This document shows, one piece after another, positions 56,470 to 64,000 of a stretch of DNA of 64,000 nucleotides. The notes under the pieces are model-generated. The model saw nothing but the letters and a program-made list of their open reading frames with translations, did no database searches and was not told where the DNA came from. This stretch comes from an uncultured virus (IMG/VR IMGVR_UViG_3300010365_000310) (Duplodnaviria > Heunggongvirae > Uroviricota > Caudoviricetes). A program made the translations under genes and the position numbers. The stretch lies in the IMG/VR virus record IMGVR_UViG_3300010365_000310; one strand, 5' to 3'. The stretch's first letter is position 1. The number at the start of each line of letters is the position of its first letter.

Positions 56470-57615
56470 ATGATTTATGTGGTGATTGGTGCCAATTATG
56501 GTGATGAAGGCAAAGGTAACATTGTTTCTTATTTAGCCGAAAAACATAAAGCATCTGCTCCTATTGTAATCAGGCATAATGGTGGATCCCAAGCTCAACA
56601 TCGAGTTGTATATAATGGGGATGAATTCATATTCGGTCATATAGGATCTGGTACATTTTCAGATGCACCCACCTTTTTAAGCAAATATTTTATAACCAAT
56701 CCGTTAATATTGAAAAAGGAATATGACGAACTCATTAAAAAGAAATCACCAACAATCTATGTGGATGCTAATTCGAGAGTTACAACCATTTACGATATGT
56801 TTTACAATCAGCATCATGCGAATATGAAAAAACATGGTACGTGTGGTCTCGGTGTTAAAGCTACCATAGATCGTCATGAAGTCATACCTTTGACTGTTGG
56901 GGATATTATCAATTTACCACAAAAAAATTTGGTTCTCATTATCAAAGATATATATAAATACTATCATCAAAAAATGAATTTCGAAAAATTTGATGACAAA
57001 ATATTCTCTGAAATGTTTAACTATAACTACGAAGAACATGCAATTGATTTATCAAAAATTTTAACTGCTATAACCAAATGTCTTTTTGATGACACTCAAA
57101 TCAGAAAGGTTTTGGATTCAAGAAAAGTAAAAATATTTGAAGGTGCTCAGGGTCTTATGTTGAATCAAAACAATTTCTCAGAATTTCCTCATGTGACACC
57201 TAGCAACACAGGTATTGTAAATGCTGAACGAATAATCTTAAAACACATACCTGGTTCCAAAATAGAATATATATTTGTGACTAGAAGTTATTTAACTAGA
57301 CATGGTAATGGTACATTTAATGAAAATGCTTTACCGGAAACTGTATATGATTTGAGTAATAAGAATAATGAATTTCAGGGTGCTCTTAGATTTGGCGCAA
57401 TGAATACAATAGAGTTTAATCAATTTAAAATAAGAGTTATTGATGAACTCGATCGAAGCATATCAGCCGGTAATTGGGATATTGATATAAATGTAGCTAC
57501 GACCCACCTTGATCAAATACCAAATGAAGAACTTAAAGAAATTTCAAAATATATTTCAATGGGCCCTTCTTATAAAGATGTTTATGCTAGGTGCTACACT
57601 TGGAGGAAAATATGA
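56470..57615 (+). CDS. purA: Adenylosuccinate synthetase-like protein (PurA type)
   Basis: GANYGDEGKG, NGG.QA.H, GTCGLG, FEGAQG, PHVT.S.T, TRHG.G. Confidence 0.85.
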   Translation: MIYVVIGANYGDEGKGNIVSYLAEKHKASAPIVIRHNGGSQAQHRVVYNGDEFIFGHIGSGTFSDAPTFLSKYFITNPLILKKEYDELIKKKSPTIYVDANSRVTTIYDMFYNQHHANMKKHGTCGLGVKATIDRHEVIPLTVGDIINLPQKNLVLIIKDIYKYYHQKMNFEKFDDKIFSEMFNYNYEEHAIDLSKILTAITKCLFDDTQIRKVLDSRKVKIFEGAQGLMLNQNNFSEFPHVTPSNTGIVNAERIILKHIPGSKIEYIFVTRSYLTRHGNGTFNENALPETVYDLSNKNNEFQGALRFGAMNTIEFNQFKIRVIDELDRSISAGNWDIDINVATTHLDQIPNEELKEISKYISMGPSYKDVYARCYTWRKI

Positions 57616-58508
57616 ACTTTGAAAATAGAGATACAAGATATGAAACAATCGAGTATATATTTGCCGTGATTGTTATTGCTTTCGTGGTGGGTTTTGGTGT
57701 ATACAGAACTTATATCAAATTTAATATCGAAATGAATATGACCGCAACACCTGTGTCGATTACTCTTGAAGGTCATGAATTCTGGAAGTCTGGATATTAT
57801 TTATTGCATAAACCAAATTGTTCATGTAAAGGTGAAAAGCGTGGTGACTAAGAATCAACCAAATACAATTTCGCAAGAAATCTACTGTCATAACTGCGGA
57901 GGTTATGTTAAGTTCGATATAGATTTAAATCTAAACGGGAATCATGTTTTGCATTGTCCAAATTGTAAACATGAACATTGCCGAGTAGTTAAGGATGGGG
58001 TAATAACAGGGGACCGATGGGATAGTAGAAACGGACACACATACTCGATAACATGCATTACATACAGAAGTGATTATACGGCTACATATAGTTATAAGTG
58101 TGGTAGTATATATACCGAATTATGGCTGAATACTACGTCATCTAAATAAGGGGATATTATATGTGGGCGTTTGAAACCGAACAAGAAGCAAGAAATTACG
58201 CAATCAAAATGCTTGGTAAGCTTAATGAAAAAAATAAACCAGGGTGGAGTGTTCGAACATGGGAAAATTGTGGATGGCATTGTACACTGGTTAAAGAAGT
58301 TGAAAACAATCACTACACCATAGATTTCCCTCAGTATAACGGTACTTTTTCAGTTGAAGCTTGTGTCGGATGTCATGGTGCGGATGAAGTATTTTGGGAT
58401 GAAGATAGAGCGTCGAGTTATTCGGATATTAATGAAGCCATTGAAATCAAGAGGAAAATTATTCAAAATCATATTGATCTAATTAAAAAGCTTCTTGATA
58501 ATTTATGA
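57591..58508 (+). other. Three small ORFs (membrane protein, zinc-ribbon protein, hypothetical)
   Basis: 57591..57851 has a TM helix; 57766..58149 has CHNC/CPNC; 58161..58508 has no recognised motif. Confidence 0.5.
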
Positions 58509-59074
58509 TCACACTTAAATTTCTTATAAATCTACTCTGCTTTAAAAAAGGTGAAACTTATACATTCAATAAGGGTGTTAATTTAGTAGTAGGAGATCAA
58601 GGCACTGGTAAATCCACGCTTTTAGATTGTCTGGGCAATTATGATGAAAAGAAAGTTTCAATTAAAAGTACTGGATTGGAAAGAACCTTATTTTTAGACT
58701 TTGAAAAAGATAATCCCAGACTGAATTCTCATTATTCCAATCCATTGGATTTGATGCTAAGATTTCAATCCCATGGTGAAAGCGCGAAACATTTATTTTC
58801 ATTCGTAGATCATGAAGATAATAAAGATACTATTATGATACTCGATGAACCAGATATGGCATTATCTATTAGAAGTTGTCATGATTTAGCTAAACGACTT
58901 AAAAAATATCATGAAGAGGGTCGTTGTATTATAATGTCAGCCCACAATCCTATAATCATTTCATCCATGGAAAATGTCTTATCCGTTGAGCATAAGAAAT
59001 GGATGACATCAAAGGAATTCATAGAAAGCCATATGAAACCTAAGAAATCTAATACAAAAAAGAAAATTAAGTAA
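58505..59074 (+). CDS. Small ABC-type P-loop ATPase
   Basis: GDQGTGKST, SHGE, ILDEPD, SAH. Confidence 0.8.
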   Translation: MITLKFLINLLCFKKGETYTFNKGVNLVVGDQGTGKSTLLDCLGNYDEKKVSIKSTGLERTLFLDFEKDNPRLNSHYSNPLDLMLRFQSHGESAKHLFSFVDHEDNKDTIMILDEPDMALSIRSCHDLAKRLKKYHEEGRCIIMSAHNPIIISSMENVLSVEHKKWMTSKEFIESHMKPKKSNTKKKIK

Positions 59075-59080
59075 CATTAA

Positions 59081-59110
59081 AGGGGCCTTGAAATATAGGC
59101 CCCTTAATCT
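59081..59110 (+). terminator. Hairpin / probable terminator
   Basis: AGGGGCCT-TGAAATAT-AGGCCCCT. Confidence 0.55.
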
Positions 59111-59127
59111 ATTTCAAGGAGAATAAA

Positions 59128-59322
59128 ATGCCAGAAGTGAAGGGGCGAGCCGTTAAGGCTATGAAGTTAAGATTGGTTTGTGAATGCGGTAAAGATATGG
59201 TCATGATTGGAACCATTAAAAGAACTGGTACACTCACAAAGTATAAATATTTTTGTGAACCATGTAATAAAATTTACGTTTGCAACACCAGCTACCCAAC
59301 AATAGAATACATAGAAGTTTAA
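59128..59322 (+). CDS. Small zinc-ribbon protein
   Basis: AAGGAG RBS; CECG...CEPC; YP.IEY end. Confidence 0.6.
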   Translation: MPEVKGRAVKAMKLRLVCECGKDMVMIGTIKRTGTLTKYKYFCEPCNKIYVCNTSYPTIEYIEV

Positions 59323-60197
59323 AGAAACTTCTTTAAACTGTGATTGCCCAATTCGGGTAGTCCAGAGAACATCACGGCCGTAACCTCGGATGCAATAACG
59401 AATTCTTGGTATACTAAAGTGTGAGGCTTGATGTTCATCTTTTTATATGCTTCATGACCTGCCCAAAATGCTTTATGACTTCTTGGATCTATTCGATCAT
59501 ACATATACTTATCTTCTGTGTAATCAACTAAACTGGATAATCGTTCTAGACCTTCTTGAGATTCCGTCTTTAAAGATTCATTATAAATTTTGACTAGTTC
59601 TTTGAAACGACCTTCAATTGTTTTATGAGTCTTATCCAAATTCTCCGACTTTATATTTGTCCAGAATTTCAATAGCTTATTTTTTAATAGTGGTGTTATA
59701 GTATTACCAAAGTATTCTTCAATGAAATATGTATACCATTCTCTTAATGTCTTAATGACATTTGGATCGGATGAGTATGTTGCGTGATCATGCGCAAATT
59801 TGTGTTGATATTCATGAACTATTATGTCATACAATTCTCTTTGCCCGATTGATCCAGATAGATCTCTGATGTTGGTCATTAAAACCACAATTCTTTTACC
59901 GTCATAAAATCCTAAAATTACTCCACTATAACCAGTAAAGACATTAAAGAATGTATCAAATATATCACCCAACCAAGATTCACTGGTGTATGCTGGTATG
60001 AGGCTTTTTTTAGAAATAGCGCTTTGAACTTTAGCTATAGCACCTTGATCCATAATCTTATTCAATTTTAAATTTTTAAGGAACTCTTGATCTAATTCCT
60101 TACTCATGTATGCAATAACTTCACCATTCAATTTTAAATCTTTCTTGTTTTCAAACCAACCACTATAGAAAGATTCAATAAGTATTTCTTTATTCAT
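59319..60197 (-). CDS. Only convincing minus-strand gene; HExxH-containing protein
   Basis: 292 aa, GGAG upstream on minus strand, IIVHEYQH. Confidence 0.75.
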   Translation of the reverse strand: MNKEILIESFYSGWFENKKDLKLNGEVIAYMSKELDQEFLKNLKLNKIMDQGAIAKVQSAISKKSLIPAYTSESWLGDIFDTFFNVFTGYSGVILGFYDGKRIVVLMTNIRDLSGSIGQRELYDIIVHEYQHKFAHDHATYSSDPNVIKTLREWYTYFIEEYFGNTITPLLKNKLLKFWTNIKSENLDKTHKTIEGRFKELVKIYNESLKTESQEGLERLSSLVDYTEDKYMYDRIDPRSHKAFWAGHEAYKKMNIKPHTLVYQEFVIASEVTAVMFSGLPELGNHSLKKFL

Positions 60198-60236
60198 AAT
60201 ATCTCCAAGTGTTGTAATAATAGTTTGTAATTTCTA

Positions 60237-61262
60237 ATGAAGGAGTTTCCCATGAGTATTATCATCGACAATCAACTTCACATTTTCAGCTCTTTTAAAA
60301 TAGATAAGTCACTACCGAAATATTTCAAACCAATTACACAAGATGACAGCCCTGACGATGAAGCGGATAGTGAAAATGGGTCTACCAAGTTTCGAAGTAG
60401 TATCCGATCTCGTTTATCAGAATCATCAAGAATGTTTTGGGATCCAATGGATCCGGATAATAATGGTATTGAAGTAGAGATGGAACCTGGTTTGTGGGCA
60501 AAAATGAAAGCTTTCTTTTTTGGCCGTTCTCGCAAGAAAGAAATGTCTTTTGATGAAATTAAAAAAGTTTTTACTTTAATTGTAAGCAATATGTCTAAAG
60601 TGGAAACGATACTTAAAGAAGATGGAGCCACAATCGATAGAAATTATTTCATTGAATCGATCATCAAATACTCTGAATCCCTAAGGATCATCAAAGAGAA
60701 TGGACAAATAGCTCTTTATGATAAGATGGTGTCCGAAACACAAACATTCATTTATGAAACTATTTTGAAATCTTCGGGTTATGCTAATTATATATCAGAA
60801 GAAGATTTGATATCATTTTTGACCAGACACCCAAAACGAAGTTATCACGGTTTCCGTTTGGATTGGCTCAAGAATTATATCAGGCTTATTCCTAATCATA
60901 TCATAAAAGCTAAGAAGTGCCTTGATCAATTAAAAATATTCGATAATTATGTAGTGCTTCATTATGATCCAAATGGCACAAACTCGGACCTGACCAAAAA
61001 AGAAAAAGAAGAAATCAAAAAAGATCCCATTCTTTTTGGTGTATTCCAGAGTAGTAGGCGGTTGTATTTCATAGGTGACTGGGTAGATGAAGTTTGCGAT
61101 TTGAAGTTCAGTGAAATTATGAGTTATTTCAAAAATAATGACCACAAGAGGCTTGAAATTAATGTTGATAAATATAATGAATTTTTGGGAGATGTTGCTA
61201 AGACAATAAATGAATCAGTTAAGAACGAAGATATTCAAGAAATTATAAAAACTTGGTTGTGA
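60237..61262 (+). CDS. Hypothetical phage protein
   Basis: AAGGAG before internal ATG; FDNYVVLHYDP...DPILFG...LYFIGDW.DE.CDL block. Confidence 0.7.
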   Translation: MKEFPMSIIIDNQLHIFSSFKIDKSLPKYFKPITQDDSPDDEADSENGSTKFRSSIRSRLSESSRMFWDPMDPDNNGIEVEMEPGLWAKMKAFFFGRSRKKEMSFDEIKKVFTLIVSNMSKVETILKEDGATIDRNYFIESIIKYSESLRIIKENGQIALYDKMVSETQTFIYETILKSSGYANYISEEDLISFLTRHPKRSYHGFRLDWLKNYIRLIPNHIIKAKKCLDQLKIFDNYVVLHYDPNGTNSDLTKKEKEEIKKDPILFGVFQSSRRLYFIGDWVDEVCDLKFSEIMSYFKNNDHKRLEINVDKYNEFLGDVAKTINESVKNEDIQEIIKTWL

Positions 61263-61329
61263 TATATAATTACCAAAATTGAATTTTGATTTAACCTAGC
61301 TAGGATAACACCAAGTAAAGAGGCCTAAA

Positions 61330-61617
61330 ATGTTTGACATTCCTTTTCGACCGTGCGTAAATTGTGGATGGTGTTGCATGAAAAGACCATGTTCTTTTGG
61401 TGAATATGGTTCAAACGGTTGGTGTAAATTTCTTATTAGAAAAGAAGGAGATACTCTTGAAACCTACATCTGTTCAGAATTTGATAGAATCAATAAACAC
61501 CCAGGAAGCAAATATGAGCCAGCCTTTGGGGCCGGTTGTTGTGTAAGCCTCAACACCCAACGACACAAAATCATTCGAGAAAGAAGAAATCTTAAAAATG
61601 TCCCTACTTCTTCTTGA
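61330..61617 (+). CDS. Cys-rich CxxCxxCC protein (YkgJ-like metal/Fe-S binding)
   Basis: CVNCGWCC...C...CKFL...C. Confidence 0.55.
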   Translation: MFDIPFRPCVNCGWCCMKRPCSFGEYGSNGWCKFLIRKEGDTLETYICSEFDRINKHPGSKYEPAFGAGCCVSLNTQRHKIIRERRNLKNVPTSS

Positions 61618-61801
61618 AAGCTTGCAAAGAAATGTTTTATCTCGAGATGTTTGGGTTTTATCATACGCAAGGTTTAGGGATCAAGCCATGGAAATGGGCG
61701 TCGATGAAGAAACTATACATCAATTTATCATGGGCCTTGAGTCAGCTAGAGGTAAAAGATTTGCTTCAAACCCCATGTCGAGTATGTTTTAAGGAGATAT
61801 A

Positions 61802-62971
61802 ATGACATCCGAAGAATATTTTAATATCATCAAGACCCTGCTCAAAGATAATAAACTTTTTCATCAGCTTTTTTCAAATCTTGATATAAAGCACATCATA
61901 GAAAGGCATACTGAACCGCATAGATATTATCACACCATTCAACATGTATTGGACTTATTGTATGATATCAAATCAGACAAGGATATAATAAGAACAGGCC
62001 ATCAAAAAGAAATGTTGATGGTTGTTGCTCTTTTCCATGATATACATTATGCACCCGTATCTTCAGGAAATAATGAAAACAGAAGCTCTGAAATATTTAA
62101 AGGTATGATTATATCGGATGGGACTTTTGATATTTCATTAAAGGAAGATATGAGCAACATTATTTGCATCATACGAAATACCAAATATTCATTAGAAGAA
62201 GAATTTACATCCCCCGTAGCCAGAGAAGCATTTGATGCTTTTGTTTATTTTGATTTGATAAAACCATTAACTAAAAATATGGCTGGTATCATATCGGATA
62301 GAATGAAGATCTTTAAAGAATTTCAGAATGTACCAGTGAGCACATTTAGAAGCGTTAGTTTTATTGTATATGAACGACTAAAAGGATATATCAAAACTAA
62401 CTACCCCAATCATTATGATTCGGTGGTTAATAATATTAATTCCATTCAAGAATGGTTAAATGATTTCAGACCCAAGGTTGGATTCTATCCAGGTTCATTT
62501 AATCCTTTCCACAAAGGACATATGAATATTCTGGAAAAAGCCGAGAAAGTTTTTGATAAAGTAATAATTGGTTTCGGTATGAATCCAGAAAAGAGTGATC
62601 ATAGAAAAGATGACGGTGTTAGTATATTACCATTTCACGAAAGAAAAAAATATTACGGGCTTTTGACTGATGTTGTGAAAGATTTAAGAATCGATGGTTG
62701 TGATGTAACATTGATCAGAGGTCTAAGGAATGGTTATGACTTAAATTATGAAATGGTTCAGAATAGATACATCAGAGATCTTGATCCAAAACTCAATGTG
62801 ATATTCATACCATCCGATTATGAATATGATTATCTTTCTAGTTCAAGCATAAAGAGTCTTGGTAAGTTAGCCGATATCAATGACTATTTACCAAATAAGT
62901 ATAAGTATGCATTTGAATACTATTCAAGAGAAATCCCGCACCCGGTTTGGAGCAATATTGATGATGTATAA
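61802..62971 (+). CDS. HD-domain + CoaD-like nucleotidyltransferase fusion
   Basis: RYYHTIQH, LFHD; YPGSFNPFHKGH, IRGLRN, LSSS. Confidence 0.82.
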   Translation: MTSEEYFNIIKTLLKDNKLFHQLFSNLDIKHIIERHTEPHRYYHTIQHVLDLLYDIKSDKDIIRTGHQKEMLMVVALFHDIHYAPVSSGNNENRSSEIFKGMIISDGTFDISLKEDMSNIICIIRNTKYSLEEEFTSPVAREAFDAFVYFDLIKPLTKNMAGIISDRMKIFKEFQNVPVSTFRSVSFIVYERLKGYIKTNYPNHYDSVVNNINSIQEWLNDFRPKVGFYPGSFNPFHKGHMNILEKAEKVFDKVIIGFGMNPEKSDHRKDDGVSILPFHERKKYYGLLTDVVKDLRIDGCDVTLIRGLRNGYDLNYEMVQNRYIRDLDPKLNVIFIPSDYEYDYLSSSSIKSLGKLADINDYLPNKYKYAFEYYSREIPHPVWSNIDDV

Positions 62972-63317
62972 AATATTCAATCTATTCCTCTTGGTTTTGA
63001 TACTTTGCCTTTTGGTAGTGAACTTGCATACTTTGGTAGGAATTGAAAATGGTTTGATTAAAGAACCCGTTAAAGAGATTGTAGAAGTTAAGGATTTCTT
63101 TATACTTTCAAAATCTTTTATACCAGAGTTAACTTCAAATCGGAAACATCTTTTGGTAATTGATAACAATGAGGATTTGCTTCAGATCGTCAATACTTGC
63201 AAGAATATTCGAATTGATTACGCTAACACTTTTGTGATTAAACTTAGCAATAATGAAATAGTAAATTATCAGATTGACGAAATATTACTCAACGAATCAA
63301 AGGAATCAATCAAATGA
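62880..63317 (+). CDS. Membrane-anchored hypothetical protein (start uncertain)
   Basis: Single hydrophobic helix. Confidence 0.45.
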   Translation: MTIYQISISMHLNTIQEKSRTRFGAILMMYKIFNLFLLVLILCLLVVNLHTLVGIENGLIKEPVKEIVEVKDFFILSKSFIPELTSNRKHLLVIDNNEDLLQIVNTCKNIRIDYANTFVIKLSNNEIVNYQIDEILLNESKESIK

Positions 63318-63991
63318 TGAGAATCGAAATTGATCTTTCATACGAATCAACCCTCGAAAATGATGCTTGTGTTGTACTCAGTCCTATCTTTGAAATGACC
63401 GTTATACGAGAAGGCAAAAAAGATGTAATTTTAGAAGGTGAGCTCAATGAATTAGAAAGCATCCATTCTGATAAGCTGACTGATATTGAAAATGAAAAGC
63501 TTATGGAATGGGCCAAAAGTAACTACAGCAATTTAAAACGAACACTCATGAGAGACTATCAAGAACTATTCAGAACTGATGGTAGTATCTCAGATTGGGC
63601 GGAAATTGAATTGTATGATGAGATATATGAAGAAGATGATGGTGGAACCAACCCCGAAATACCTGAAGGTTATGGACAGGTGTGCGTGATTTGTGGTATG
63701 TACATGGGAAAAGATTCCGATATAACGGACTTCGAAAAAATGATTAAAGAAACATTTGATATAGAAGCAAAATATCTTTGCATGGTACATACATACCCGG
63801 ATAGAGATTCTTCGGGTAGTAAAGTTGATGGCACCGGTAGTAGATGTGATACATTTTTTACAATTAAAGATTCGGATGTTGCAAAATTTGCCGTACCGAG
63901 ATTGCAATATGGTATTAGATGGCTTGAGGATGTATTGAATAATAATCCAAGCATATACCCAGCAAGAATTTCAAAGTTGAGGAAATGGTAA
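63314..63991 (+). CDS. Hypothetical acidic protein
   Basis: ORF track; ATGA overlap. Confidence 0.55.
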   Translation: MMRIEIDLSYESTLENDACVVLSPIFEMTVIREGKKDVILEGELNELESIHSDKLTDIENEKLMEWAKSNYSNLKRTLMRDYQELFRTDGSISDWAEIELYDEIYEEDDGGTNPEIPEGYGQVCVICGMYMGKDSDITDFEKMIKETFDIEAKYLCMVHTYPDRDSSGSKVDGTGSRCDTFFTIKDSDVAKFAVPRLQYGIRWLEDVLNNNPSIYPARISKLRKW

Positions 63992-64000
63992 TGGACGAAT

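Noticed and set aside
56470..57615. PurZ / 2-aminoadenine (Z) genome
   Set aside because: The motif is GDEGKG with the PurA catalytic Asp, not the Ser-containing GS(T/E)GKG of PurZ.
306..63954. Short minus-strand and nested alternative-frame ORFs in the track
   Set aside because: They overlap well-supported + strand genes and lack motifs or RBS; treated as shadow ORFs, except 59319..60197.
1..64000. Stop-codon reassignment
   Set aside because: The standard code gives full-length conserved genes with dense packing, and TAA, TGA and TAG all end real genes (e.g. TAG ends the ligase).
1..64000. CRISPR arrays, tRNAs, rRNAs, IS elements
   Set aside because: None recognisable by eye; the intergenic gaps are short and show no spaced direct repeats.

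Overview
AT-rich, densely coding, almost entirely + strand fragment of a jumbo tailed phage. It combines a T4-like replication/morphogenesis toolkit (primase, sliding clamp, gp13 neck, rIIA/rIIB, ligase, two-subunit topoisomerase II, 5' nuclease, baseplate hub, UvsW-like helicase, Mre11/Rad50) with its own multi-subunit RNA polymerase genes and dispersed 7-deazaguanine genes (folE, queD, queC-like, Gat-queC). The standout system is two paralogous RNAP beta' subunits. Each is broken into two separately translated genes exactly after the catalytic NADFDGD motif, and each break carries a naturally split intein. The two inteins are related, both end in an atypical Gln-Asp instead of His-Asn, and they are split at different positions: a 10-aa N-fragment starting with Cys, and a 38-aa N-fragment starting with Ser in an entirely cysteine-free intein. 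This implies that both polymerase active sites are completed by protein trans-splicing. A third, contiguous HNH-containing intein sits in the GyrA/gp52-like gene. All assignments come from reading motifs by eye; no searches were run.
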